From positions 44,146,001 to 44,210,000 of the forward strand of contig NW_024704742.1 in NCBI RefSeq assembly GCF_018977255.1: DNA of 64,000 bases, given 5' to 3'. This DNA is from Callorhinchus milii (lineage: Eukaryota). Both the position numbers and the translations under genes were made by a program. Of the stretch, positions 13,003-24,825 are shown one piece after another (position 1 is the first letter of the stretch; every line of letters starts with the position of its first letter). The notes beneath the pieces were generated by a model, which was not told where the DNA came from, did no database searches, and worked only from the letters and a program-made list of their open reading frames with translations.

Positions 13003-13311
13003 AATAATAGTAATCCTTGCATTTGATCAAGCGCCTTATCACGTCTTCTGGACGTCTCAAAGCGCTTCACAGAATATACTGCAAAGTGAATTGACTGTAG
13101 ATTTGTGGGTGAAATGAGGCAGCCCATTGCGCACAGCAGTGTCCCACAAATAGTCGTGGATTGAAGTGACCAATTTATTATTGTTTTTTCTTGAGGGATT
13201 ATTATCAGGCGTGTGGAGTAAGGAAACTTGCCCAAGGTTTCACCCTGTCGGGAATCGAACCCAGGACTCTCGCTTGCAAAGTGAGTGCTCTAACCACTGA
13301 GCTACAGGACT
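13003..13311 (-). mobile_element. Full-length tRNA-derived SINE, short variant
   Basis: Reverse complement begins GTCCTGTAGCTCAGTGGTTAGAGCACTC with A/B boxes; colinear with 19441-19788. Confidence 0.9.
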
Positions 13312-13453
13312 TGGAAGTGGATAATAAAGGCAAAGGCATGATATGTCTTTAGCTATCTTCAGTCTGATCATTATTTTTGTGGAGTTTTATGTGTCATGAG
13401 ATGAGGCAAAAGCATTTAAAGAATATAAAACATGCTTTTATCTTCCTTCGTAG

Positions 13454-13538
13454 GTTCTACTTTGCTTTTCTCGAGATACAATGGTTCTTGATCATTTCAG
13501 CTACAGCAGCGCTTCTCCACCTAGGTCATATATTCGAG
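13454..13538 (+). CDS. TBC1D19: TBC1D19 coding exon
   Basis: tag|GTTCTA...TTCGAG|gtaaga; 85 nt; VLLCFSRDTMVLDHFSYSSASPPRSYIR(G); phase 0/1. Confidence 0.94.
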
Positions 13539-13994
13539 GTAAGAAATTTATTGCAGACATATGTACAAAATGTACAGTAATTGAAAACCTGTGCTTTGGT
13601 TGTCAGGATATGAAGTCCAGCACTGAATCAAACTTTCCTCTTCATTTACTTTAAATGTTTTTTTCCAGAGGTGACACTTCACTGTTGAAAATTCAGTTTG
13701 CATTTGTAAATGAAAGTGTATCCTAACAAACAGGGAAAAATAAAAGTAGTTTAAAAAAACAGTTGTATTTGGGATTTACCATACTTTTAGAAAACATGTT
13801 TATGATGTTTTGATCAAAAGTTTAGTGATTAATTTGGTATACTGGCACTCTGAAAATTTCAAGCTTTCATGAAGTGTGAAAAAGATTAAATGACTAATGG
13901 ATGCCCTAAGTACAGTTACTTTCAAGAAAAAAAGCCAGCCTAGCTGTAATTTTTTTTAATCAACAATTTTCATGCTATTGATTTTTTTATATAG

Positions 13995-14039
13995 GAAAAC
14001 TTGGACTTGAAGATTATGCTGTGGTCTACCCACCGAATG
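13995..14039 (+). CDS. TBC1D19: TBC1D19 coding exon
   Basis: tag|GAAAAC...CGAATG|gtaagt; 45 nt; (G)KLGLEDYAVVYPPN(G); phase 1/1. Confidence 0.93.
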
Positions 14040-14659
14040 GTAAGTATGATCGAAGAGCTTCCTCTAGTGGCAGCTGTGTTTAATGATTACAATAGTTTTT
14101 GTGTTTCCATTTTGGTTTCCACACGGTTTTGTGTCTCCATTTCCTTTTGGGTCTTAGTTTCTGTTGTACAGTATTGAGGATATTTACACTTTTTGCATCC
14201 GGCTTCTATATCAGTTACTCTTCACATAGGTATTGCACTGATTGGATCTAAAGTAAAGCTCCAGTATTGCCCTTTAATTGCAATCTAAATATCCAAGCCA
14301 GCCATCCTAGTAACCTCTCTGAATGAGACTCAAAACTATGTTTCTAGCTTTTAATGTCAGTGGGGAAGGGGGAAATGAGGACTATATCAACAGTGATACC
14401 ACTAATAATTAGGTCAAAGAAACAATATTAATCAATATCCAGGGGAAGGGGGAAGGAGTGCAAGATTGTTTCACTAGTGATATCATGTCATATTTCTATG
14501 CTAAAGTGACCATCAATAATCAGAGAAACGTTTGTCTGCAATATATTGAGCTTTCACAATAATAATTAGATTGCCAAAAAATATTGGCAAATCTAATAGC
14601 CTATATAAGAAATGCCTATTATTTGCCAAATTTGAACTAAATATACTTATTCTGCACAG

Positions 14660-14692
14660 GGGTGATTCCTTTCCATGGCTTTGCAATGTACG
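14660..14692 (+). CDS. TBC1D19: TBC1D19 coding micro-exon
   Basis: cag|GGGTGA...TGTACG|gtaagt; 33 nt; (G)VIPFHGFAMY(V); phase 1/1. Confidence 0.92.
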
Positions 14693-15588
14693 GTAAGTAG
14701 TATTTTTTTCTATGTGTGCTTAGTGTCATTACAAATAGTCAGTAGAGATAGTGATAGATATTTTAGGTGCAAAATCTTCTATTTGCAAGCAATCAACTAG
14801 TGTTCAGGATTCTTCCACTCCTCCCCCCCATTCCCCATGAGCCTCAAATTGATTATGGTCTTAATAAAGATTCCTGTTGTTAAGGGGCTATTTAGAATTT
14901 CATAGAATGTTATAGCACAGAAACAGGTCATGTTGCCCAACTTGTCCATGCATGTGTTTATACTCCATACAAGCCTCCAACCCACTTAACCCCCACTCCT
15001 ATACCTTAATTTTTTTAAAAAAAATCTGTGGTAGTGCATCAAAAAAGAAAAAGTATTCAAGTACATTTGATGTATTTTAAAGGGCTTTACTGATAATTAA
15101 AGAATATATCTAAACCTAATGTAATGAAGTTGATCTCTACTAACACATATACTAGCATCTTATTTGTATATGAGCTTTGAATCTATATACTACAAAAAAA
15201 GTTTTCAAATCTCAGTGAGTGGTACATCCGGAATCAAGAAAGCAGAGCTAAGTTAGCAATGAAGCTTTGACTATAATCTATTAAATTCAAGTTGTGTGAA
15301 ATGCATATTAGCATATGATAAATATTAGCTAATTTAGAACCATCTAGCCTTTTAAAATTGTAGTCTAATACCAGCAAGTAACAACAAACCCTCAGCTGGT
15401 ACTCTGCTCCCAGGCTGGTGATTTGGAGTGGCTTCAGAATGTACATTGATTTTTCCATAATATCCATTACCTGAGTAGAAGGCAAGTTATTGCTGATCCT
15501 TGAAACTCAGGAATATTTCATAAAGCTAGAATATATCTATTTTATTCTCCATGTTCTAATACATTTTTTAATACAGCTGGAGGAAGTA

Positions 15589-16322
15589 CAGTGGAAGCCG
15601 GTTAAGCCGTTTTGTCCGGTTTAAGAGATGTTCGAGATTAACTGAAATACCATTCCCGCCCAGCAGAGGAGCCCCACAGATGTCGTAGAAAAATGTGGAA
15701 TAATATTGTTTCACTTGAAGTCATGTTAAGTAACCAAACAGGACTCCCAAGTATTTTAACCTAGAAATTAAAGTTAAAATCCTGTGCCTCACAGTATTCA
15801 GTAAAATATATTTTCCTTAATTTGGCTGCAAAATACCAGCAGAGGAGCTTCCTCCCTCCCATTGCCGTTCCCAACGGACAGGAACGGGGCTAATTGGCGG
15901 TGGCCTGAGGTGATTGACAGCCCGTCGCTGCTTGTGAATGTTTGGGCTCTACTCATTCACAAGCGGCTCAGCTGTCAATCATGATATTTCCCTCCCTTGC
16001 TCTTCCCTGTTACTCCGCCCCCTCACTAATTGACAGCCCAACTTCAGCCGCTTGTGAATGGCTGGAGTCCACTGTCAATCAATCTTAGACTCCTCCCATC
16101 CATACCGGGAGCCCCTCATGGCTGAATGGACACACTGAAGGCCCGAGTGAGTACATTCAGTGGTGACCGGCGCGGCATTTTGCCAGGAGTAACCAGATTT
16201 TTGTCCGAATCAACCGGCCGATTTAAAACAGGTAAGAACACAAATGATTCGAAGCCGGGGGTTTTATTTGATTTACCAGACGTTCGGGGTTAACTGGCTT
16301 CCGGCAAAAGAGGATTCCACTG
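15589..16322. mobile_element. Non-autonomous Tc1/mariner-superfamily (pogo/Tigger-like) DNA transposon
   Basis: TA|CAGTGGAA...TTCCACTG|TA termini; internal inverted and direct repeats; more CpG-rich than the flanks; no ORF. Confidence 0.7.
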
Positions 16323-16482
16323 TACTTCGAACAGAAAGTAATACCCTTTTACTTTTCCCTTTAAGCTTACTGTAAGAATGATGTGCTCCCTTTTTATAAA
16401 GAATATAAAAAAGCTTTAACAGTTCTGATTTTTTGTTGTCTCAATTCCCATTTTACTCTGTATTGCTTCTTGTTTCTTACAG

Positions 16483-16592
16483 TTGCTCCACTCTGTTTTC
16501 TCTACCATGAACCCTCCAAACTTTACCAAGTGTTCCGCGAGATGTATGTGCGATATTTCTTCAGGCTTCATTCCATTTCATCCCATCCCTCG
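16483..16592 (+). CDS. TBC1D19: TBC1D19 coding exon
   Basis: cag|TTGCTC...CCCTCG|gtgagt; 110 nt; (V)APLCFLYHEPSKLYQVFREMYVRYFFRLHSISSHPS, seen inside ORF 16383..16721; phase 1/0. Confidence 0.95.
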
Positions 16593-17507
16593 GTGAGTTC
16601 ATGGGGGTGTGATGAAAATGCAGCAGGAATCTGTTCCTTTCTTGTATTGCTTTCAGAAATGAACAATTTCAGGGATACTTGGTTCCCACAATCAGTAGGT
16701 ATGAAATGCAGCTATTCATAACATACTTGTTTTCAACTAAAAGTACAACTGATGGAAGCCAAGCATAGTAGGATTAGTTTTGTTCCCGTTTTGTATTTTC
16801 CTAATGATAGTAGTATCCACAGTTTATATTCCAACATTTCACTTAAACCTACTTCCCATCCAAATACATAAACATTACTTTAAATATTTAAATAGCTTTT
16901 CTGTGGAAAGTGTGTTCCAGAGATGCTTTTACAATATTTCTTGAGAATAAGCGAGTAGAATGTGAAATGTAAACTTTCATCTTATACCCCATTTTTTACA
17001 GTAACCTTGATTCTGAGTTCAGGGATTTAAAAAGTCATAACTCATCACTTACTTTGGCGTTAATCCCCTAAATAATGTCCTATGTTTTATTCAAAAAGTT
17101 AACAATTTCTTCACAATTATTATGTAATAGAAAGTAACCAGTGTATGACGTTGGTACCCACTCAGACATTTTGACAATTCCTTGCTTTGTGTATAGCAAA
17201 GTAGTTGATCTATAAATACTCCTTACTTACCATTTTGAGTAATGATCCTGTTCAGATCAGTCACAAAAAAACTATCATTTATCCAAGGTTGTGTTATGGC
17301 ACTCCAGAAGTTGAGATCAACTGTTATATTAAAACAAACCACCTTCAAAAATTAATTGAAAGTCAAACTTTCTGAAAGACCAAGTGACCTTAGAAATAAA
17401 GTGAGTCTCATTGTGCCCTTTATGCAGCTTAGTTGGAGGCAGAAACACAAATACAAAGATACATTTTGTGTAAGTCTATAAGATCAGCTGGTTATCATGT
17501 TCCTTTT

Positions 17508-17706
17508 TCAACAACATCTCCTTCACACAGGGCAGCGTCTCAGAGCGCTTAACAGTGACAGAGACTAACACCAAGCGGGTTGGAGGGAGAAGGTGACTGT
17601 AAGCACGATCGAGGAGGAAGGTCTTCAGATGTGATCTTAAAGAGGGGAAGGAGGGGGCAAGGTGGAGGGATTGAGGGAGAGAGTTCCAAAGTTTTGGGGC
17701 ATAGTG
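17508..17706 (-). mobile_element. L2 LINE 3' end fragment
   Basis: HYAPKLWNSLPQSLHLAPSFPSLRSHLKTFLLDRAY in ORF 17476..17748. Confidence 0.8.
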
Positions 17707-18369
17707 TCTTTGGGTTATAATTTCACTAATGACTTTATTTAGATCCAAATGTTTTGCTATAAATTAAGTTTTTATTTTAAAAAGCATTCAGACCAGGATG
17801 AAAGCAGGATGCCTAATTCCCTAGTAATCATTAATGTCCTCTTTATTCTATATCGCTGGAAGTTTCAGGATTAGCATTACGTGTCGTCATTCAGTGATCC
17901 TGTTGTTGCCATTTATTCTTTCTCCCCCCTCCCCCCAGCATGAGTGGGACTTTTTAAAAAATATTCCTTTTTTTCTCTTTCAACTTAATCCCTGACTGTG
18001 CCCAAGACATTAAAGAGAAGTTAGTTTTAGCCCAAATCATAATCCTGTATGGCAGAATTTTCTGCTTGATACCTGCAAATCATTTAATTCTTTTATAGAC
18101 CGATATTGTGAAAAGCTTGTTAATGACTCATCAGTTCAGTGATGAATGCAACAAAAGTCATTTTTCTTTGATTGTTTCCAACTTCCCTCCCAATAAATAA
18201 AACAAAATTATTAACTAGCATGTATTGTTGTAACGGAATTTATGTGATATCAATTTGATGGTACTGAGCAGTATTTGTAGGATTTTATCTCCTCCCATCT
18301 TCAATTAGAAATCTGTTTTGTGTGGACTCCAGCATGGATGTTAGAGCATCTTTTATTGTCTATCTTTAG

Positions 18370-18461
18370 GGAATTGTATCACTTTGTCTCCTGTTTGAGA
18401 CTCTCGTTCAGACTTACCTCCCTCAACTCTTTTATCGTCTACGTGAAATTGGAGCTCAACC
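18370..18461 (+). CDS. TBC1D19: TBC1D19 coding exon
   Basis: tag|GGAATT...TCAACC|gtaagt; 92 nt; GIVSLCLLFETLVQTYLPQLFYRLREIGAQ(P); phase 0/2. Confidence 0.95.
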
Positions 18462-19440
18462 GTAAGTACTAATTCCTCAAATAAAGTGTAAGAATGCCAT
18501 CCATAATGTCCTGTTTTGAACGTAATTGTAACGGAAAATAATACCTTAGTGTTTGAAGCTATTAATGATCAATGAGTGCTTATAGGAATTCTCTGTATGA
18601 CAACACAGACAATCCCAATTCTCAACCATCCCAATTCTCGGTTTTATCCCAGTAAAAAATTACTAATTTTACAGTCTTCTGTGATATACTTAATTTACAA
18701 ATTGCACCCAGTGATTCAGAGTCACAGTGCAGAGAGGGCACATTCCTCAAGTAAATGTGACATTAGGTTTATCATGAACTGAGTTTCAATTACAATTTAT
18801 TATACTTGGGATGGTCATACTTGCCCTGCCATACAATCAGCTCTTGCTGAGACTGTTTCAATATTCTTTCTTGCATGTTTAAAAAAAACACTGACAAATA
18901 CTTGGGTCTTGGAGGCATAAAGGGATATGGTGAAAGGGTTGGGCACAGGGATCACAGCCAACATCCAATAAAGTGGTCCTGCAGGCTCGATTGGCTGAAG
19001 TTTTCCCAATGCTCCGAATATATTGCTCCTTGAAATTAAAATGTTATGTTATAATATGTTGTTGATAATACTGAGATGTGCAGATGGAAAGAGCTGCACA
19101 ATTTATGGTCAGCTTTGCAAATGCATTTGCAAGATCTTGAGCTGTTTGGATAAAGAAGGACCTTTAGCATTAAAGTGACACAGCGCAATATGGGGCTCTG
19201 AAGGAGTACATTACTGGTGGACTTGTTTTGTGGTAAATGAGGCATTACATTATCTTGTATAGACTACAAGAGAAATACTGAGTTGTTGAATGTTAGCAGG
19301 TGCTGGATGAGTATTCTAACATTACTTCTTGCTCTTATGCAGTAACTAATTCTCTAGAAATCAAATAATGTTACAGAAAGATAATGTGTTTGTGAACTTT
19401 AGGCTTGATGTTCATGTAGCTTTTACTGTTAAAATATATT

Positions 19441-19741
19441 GGAGTCCTGTAGCTCAGTGGTTAGAGCACTCGCTTTGCAAGCGAGAGACCTGAGTTCAAT
19501 TCCAGGCAGGGCGAAACCTTGGGCAAGTTTCCTTACTCCACACGCCTAATAATAATCCCTCCAAAACCAAAAACAATAATAAATTGGTCATTTTCAATCT
19601 ACGACTGTTTGTGGGACATTGTTGTGCGCAATTGGCTGCCGCGTTCGCCCACAAATATACAGTCAATTCACTTTACAGTGTGTTCTGTGAAGCGCTTTGG
19701 GACGTCCTCCCGACGTGAAAAGCGCTATATCAAATGCAAGG

Positions 19742-19788
<47 letters not shown>
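19441..19788 (+). mobile_element. Full-length young tRNA-derived SINE with (ATT)~15 tail
   Basis: Head TAGCTCAGTGG (A box) and GAGTTCAATTC (B box), anticodon-like arm CTCGC-TTTGCAA-GCGAG; near-identical to 39699-40016. Confidence 0.92.
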
Positions 19789-19833
19789 CTCCTGCTTTAC
19801 ATGTATGTTAACCTTTTATTTTTTTCCCCACAG

Positions 19834-19949
19834 GCTTCGAATATCATTTAAATGGATGGTGAGGGCATTCTCAGGCTACCTAGCAACTGATCAGCTCTTG
19901 TTTCTTTGGGACAGAATTCTGGGGTACAATTCGCTGGAGATTCTTGCTG
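19834..19949 (+). CDS. TBC1D19: TBC1D19 coding exon
   Basis: cag|GCTTCG...TTGCTG|gtatga; 116 nt; LRISFKWMVRAFSGYLATDQLLFLWDRILGYNSLEILA, including the TBC-domain LWD motif; phase 2/1. Confidence 0.95.
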
Positions 19950-20751
19950 GTATGAGAACAGCAGCATGATGTGGAGATATGTAAAGGAAATGAATGCAAC
20001 GCCTTATGCTCATCTTTTTGTAATTTTGTCTCCCTGTATCCTGCTGAATACAATCAATAGATTATACAGTAATTGAACATCGGATAATTGAATTATTTGG
20101 TTTATAGAATAGAATTTAGAAATCCCAAACCATTTACACAACTTATCTGAGATGGGTTAATTGAATATAAAATCAAATAATATGAGTCTGGATAAATGCA
20201 TAATTCCAAATCACTACGTTCTACAGGATGTACCTGCATTCTACAATAAGTCTATAATTAATATCACTCATTGTTTCTTTACATAGCAACAAATTTTTAG
20301 ACATTTCTGGAAAATGATGTTTGCGCGATCTCTGCTTGTTTGTGAGTGTATGTAAATGAAAGTGAAGAGAAATTGCAATGGTCTTTATTAATGAGTATCA
20401 CTTAAATCAACTAAATAGAAAGTAGTATTTAAATTAATAAACACACATCATACATGGCATCAAAATATGACCTGTCTGAATGCAAGTTCAGTTATATGAA
20501 TAGTTCATTATATGAATTTATTGAACAATTTTGAGTCAAATTATGATTTCACTGTATATAAAAGCGTACCCCAGTTTGGCACTGGAAGGAAATCTTGTAC
20601 TTAAATAGCTGACTGAGGACCTCTGCTGGAAACATCGCAACTTCAAACAGTATGTCCACAAATTAATTTTCTAGTTCTAGTTCCAGACACGTTAGCCTCT
20701 TACGATTTGCCTATGTTAGTTTTTCTCATCCCTTTTCCCAAATCATTTTGT

Positions 20752-21018
20752 GGAGTCCTGTAGCTTAGTGGTTAGAACACTCTAATTGATCCGGGGGAAT
20801 TATTACCCCCGGATTGCTTTTCCGGGGGTAATAATTCCTTCAAAAAAAAAAAAAAATTGGTCACTCAATCCATGACTGTCTGTGGGATACTGTTGTGCGC
20901 AATTGGCTGCCGTGTTTCACCCTCAAAATATACAATCACTTCACTTTACAATATATCCTGTGAAGCGCTTTGAGACGTCTGCTCTACATCAAATGCAAGG
21001 ATTTATATTATTATTATC
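20752..21018 (+). mobile_element. tRNA-SINE, internally deleted long variant
   Basis: GGAGTCCTGTAGCTTAGTGGTTAG head plus the shared 3' half and tail. Confidence 0.75.
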
Positions 21019-21058
21019 ATTTTGACAAACTGATTCCCTCTAGTGAACGCAAATATGC

Positions 21059-21265
21059 CAAATAAAAATAGAAGTCGCTAGGAACACTCAGCAGGTCAGG
21101 TAGCATCTGTGGAGAGAGGAAAGTGAGTTAATGTTTCAGATCGATGACATTTTGTCAGAAACATTAACTTACTTTCCTCTCTCCATAGATGCTGCCGGAC
21201 TTGCTGAGCATTCCCAGCGACTTCTGTTTTTATTTCAGATTTCCAGCTTCTGCAGTATTTTGCCA
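21059..21265. mobile_element. Penelope-type palindromic remnant, second copy
   Basis: About 78-bp inverted arms (21059-21137 and 21158-21235) around a short spacer; homologous to 4654-4833. Confidence 0.72.
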
Positions 21266-21915
21266 AGTCTACAAAAGGTGGCTTAAGATTGTGATTTGAA
21301 CGCACTCACAGCTAAGAATCGTATGTTCTAGTATGGGTATAATACTCTACTGATAGATAACGTGCAGTCCTATTACAATGCCTTTTGTTTTATTGAACTA
21401 TATTGAAGTCTATAATAATAATAACCTTTGCATTTGATACAGCTCCTTATCAAGTCTTCGAGACGTCTCAGAGGTTCACAGAACAAACTAAAGTGAATTG
21501 AATGTATATTTTGTGGATGAAACCCGGTAGCCAATTGCACACATAGATTTTCAGTTTATTTACAGTTTATTAAATAACATTCTCCATTTTAGACAGTCTT
21601 TGTTGATTTGCTAGAGGGGCAGGAAGAACACTTTTAGTATTTCATCACTGAGTTGCTGTTTGGTATAATAGTGACCAGGAATGCAAATGTATCAGGAATT
21701 GGTTTAGCTACACAAATCATTGTTGATTGACCTGTGCGTACATTAAAATCTTGGCTATAATAATAATCCCTTCATTTGTTAAGCCTTTGTTGTGTTAATG
21801 GTGATATTTAGGGAAAATGTCAGCATCCTGCCAGCAAACTGCCCAGGTGTTTAGTTGACTTTAAGGGACTTGTCCCAGGTGTGACCGCTGTTTAATCCTG
21901 TCTATTTTATTTCAG

Positions 21916-21986
21916 TGCTGGCAGCTGCTGTATTTGCCTTCAGAGCAGAGAACCTCATGGAAGCGACATCACTTGCTGCAGCTGAA
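21916..21986 (+). CDS. TBC1D19: TBC1D19 coding exon
   Basis: cag|TGCTGG...GCTGAA|gtaagg; 71 nt; (V)LAAAVFAFRAENLMEATSLAAAE; phase 1/0. Confidence 0.95.
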
Positions 21987-23055
21987 GTAAGGAATTACAG
22001 CTTTACTCTGGGTTAGAGGAGAGGGGTGGTGGGGAGGAGGCCTGATGTTTTGGTCCCTCAATGCAGTAGATGTGCCAAGTAGGAGGTTGATGCCTTTGAG
22101 GTGGGGAAAGAAGAGAGAGCTGGACCAAGCACACTATCATGCATCTCCCAGAGGTCAGTTCAGACTATTGGCAAAGGACCGGCTTTAATTTAGGTGGTGT
22201 GGGATCTGAGCAGATCAAGGAGATTGGAGGTAAAATTGAAGGACTCAGAGCCTGATATAAATTTATCACAAAAAGAAGTAGACAATGACAACTATAGACA
22301 AGATTGTTTTGTTCTTGTAATTTTGGATTTTTCATTTTAGCTTCAGATTCAGAATGTTTTATGCCCCGAGTTGGTAGAATCATAACCCCATCAACTATGT
22401 CATGAACTAATGACATTACATCAGAATGTTGTCTGGACACCTGGACTACCCAATGCTACTATCTGTGAAAGCACCACTGACACGTCTTTACATCAAGGTC
22501 TTTGTGAATTCATATTAATGGCAAGGGGGGTTACTCTTGACTTTTCAACTCACAGATATCACTTGCATGGGAGTGATTTCTGCACACAGCACACATGCAT
22601 GCAATGTTCAGAAAGTAACATCAGTGATGACCTGGAAGTTGGTCATATTGCTGGCCTTTTTTGTAACATGGCTTCTGAGATATCCAAAGGCCAGTGCTCT
22701 GGAATTTTTCAAATTGTTGTCGTCACTTCCTCTCAATGGAGGGGAGTTTTTCTCAGACTATCTGCTGTACCTCATTTTGTTGGTTGTACCTCATTTTTCT
22801 AATAATAATGTTCCCCTCTATATATGAGGCTACCATGTTCAGGTTCCCTCACTTTTATGAACGTTCCTTTCTGTTTGATTGGGAGCAAAGAGCTGACTAA
22901 CAGCATAACAGAGTTGAGCTAATAATTTGGTTAACAAAGGGCAGCCTCATTTCAAAAGTGAATCGTCATTCTCAAAGGTGATTAATGTAAAAGTATCGCA
23001 TATTTTCTTGCTTTCATCTTGCTAGTAGTAACCTTAACTAATAGATGTTCTTTCC

Positions 23056-23426
23056 TAATAATAATAGTAATCCTTGCATTTGATATAGCGCCTTATCGTG
23101 TCGTTGAGGCTTCTCAAACCGCTTCACAGAATATACTGTAAAGTGGACTGACTATATTTTGTGGGCGAAATGCACACTCAATTGCATACAGCAATTTCAC
23201 ACAAACAGTCCTGGAGTGATTGACCAAATTTTCTTTTTGGGTGGTGGGGATTATTACCCTCGGAAAGCGATCCCCCAATCTATTAACAACCGGGTTCCTA
23301 TTTAGTGCTAGGTAAACAGAGGTGTATGGAGTGAGGAAACTTGCCTGAGTTTTGCTCCACCAGGAATCGAACTCAGGTCCTCTCGCTTTCGAGGCGAGTG
23401 CGCTAACCACTACGCTATGGAACTCC
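23056..23426 (-). mobile_element. Full-length tRNA-SINE, long variant with complete CORE-like segment
   Basis: Reverse complement: GGAGTTCCATAGCGTAGTGGTTAG...GAGTTCGATTCC...GGCAAGTTTCCTCACTCCATACACCTCTGTTTACCTAGC...tail. Confidence 0.85.
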
Positions 23427-23901
23427 AACTGTAGATGTTGGTTCTCATGTTCATTGCTTGTATGACGTGCAAATCATCTTCTGTATGAAATGTGTGTGGC
23501 CTACAAATCATCTCCTGAATGAATTATGCAGGTGACACATAATTCATACAGGACTTGTTTCAGTGATTTGTTTCAGTAGACCTATTTCATTGGGCACATA
23601 CATCAGCTACTACAATATCAAGATGAGACGATGAGATCAAAGCTAAACCCATTCGGCATGTACAATAACATATATTGAACCACTAATATTGTTTTGGAGA
23701 CTTCACACACGTTTACATTTCCTTGTTTTGTTTTAACGATGATGCTTTTATATATCAAGATCGTACTCGATCCCAGGAAACCCACATAAAAAGGTTGCAA
23801 TTCAACAGCTGCAGCATTTTGTTGCTTATCTGATTTCCAAGAGTTCTATTTGTGGTGACAGGTTATATATATTTCTAATCAGCGATTTTCTGTTCCTACA
23901 G

Positions 23902-23976
23902 GCTGTACTTGCTGATCTTTCCACACTAAAGGTTATGCCTCTTCTACAGCTCTTCCTCTTTGCTACTGTTCCTTGA
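23902..23976 (+). CDS. TBC1D19: TBC1D19 terminal coding exon (CDS part, includes TGA stop)
   Basis: cag|GCTGTA...CCTTGA; AVLADLSTLKVMPLLQLFLFATVP*, matching the recalled TBC1D19 C-terminus. Confidence 0.95.
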   Translation, partial: AVLADLSTLKVMPLLQLFLFATVP

Positions 23977-24215
23977 AGCAATACCTACAGAGGTTAGAAG
24001 TCCAGACATAATCATCTCACCAATCCTTTTGTCTTCATACCACAGTCTGATGATGAACCTGCATGAGAAAGTGAATGAAAATATGTGCATGTAGATCATG
24101 GACTACTTTCTATTTTAAAAAGATGACAGTTCAAAGTTAATAAGTCAAATATAATGACCCTTGTATACTTTGAAACAGCACATGTAAATACTTGGTGTAT
24201 AATTTGCCCGAAAAA

Positions 24216-24226
24216 AATAAATTAAA
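24216..24226 (+). terminator. Candidate polyadenylation signal of TBC1D19 (overlapping AATAAA/ATTAAA)
   Basis: AATAAATTAAA about 240 nt after the stop, followed by T/GT-rich sequence. Confidence 0.6.
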
Positions 24227-24439
24227 GCTCTTTCTCCTGATGTATTTTTCACCCATATTTAACATGTATTCATTCAGAACTCTTGGAGATCAGATAAGCC
24301 ATCAAATGCTACTGCCTCACTAATAGTCATTTGCTGACATGGAGCAACAATATCCTTACAATACTTCCTATAAATGACAAATTGTTAATACGTAAAATGA
24401 TTTGTGTACATAGCAAAGCTAAAATGCAAATTATACTGT

Positions 24440-24825
24440 TACTTGGCTCAGTTTGTAGCACTCACCTCTGGGTCAGGAGGCTTTGGGTTTAAGGCACATT
24501 GAGTCTTTAGCTCATTGTTGAGGCTGACACTCCAGTGTAGTGCTGGAGGAGCACTGAATTATCAGACATGCAGTTCCTCCATTGAGATTTTAACCCAAAT
24601 CCTAATCTGCCTATTCAGGTGGATGTTGACAATCCATTCACAATATTTGAAAAGGGAGTTTCTAGGTGTCCACCAGCTAAATTAGTCATTCACTCCATGT
24701 TTCGTTTTGGATCACTGCGTACATTGGCTGCTGTATTTGTACAAATACTCTAGTAGCAATTACCTATGAAGCATTTGAGATGTTTCAGCATTATAAGCAC
24801 TGCATAAAATGCAAAGATCATTATA
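24440..24825 (+). mobile_element. Decayed Deu-domain SINE
   Basis: TTGGCTCAGTTTGTAGCACTC head, CTATTCAGGTGGATGTT central motif, shared tail. Confidence 0.65.

Noticed and set aside
19441..19515. tRNA-Ala(TGC)-like gene (also 39699 and 13240-13311)
   Set aside because: It continues directly into a SINE body and tail, so it is a SINE head rather than a tRNA gene.
22400..22760. Possible Harbinger-like transposase remnant on the minus strand
   Set aside because: Only vague motif resemblance across different frames; not supportable by eye.
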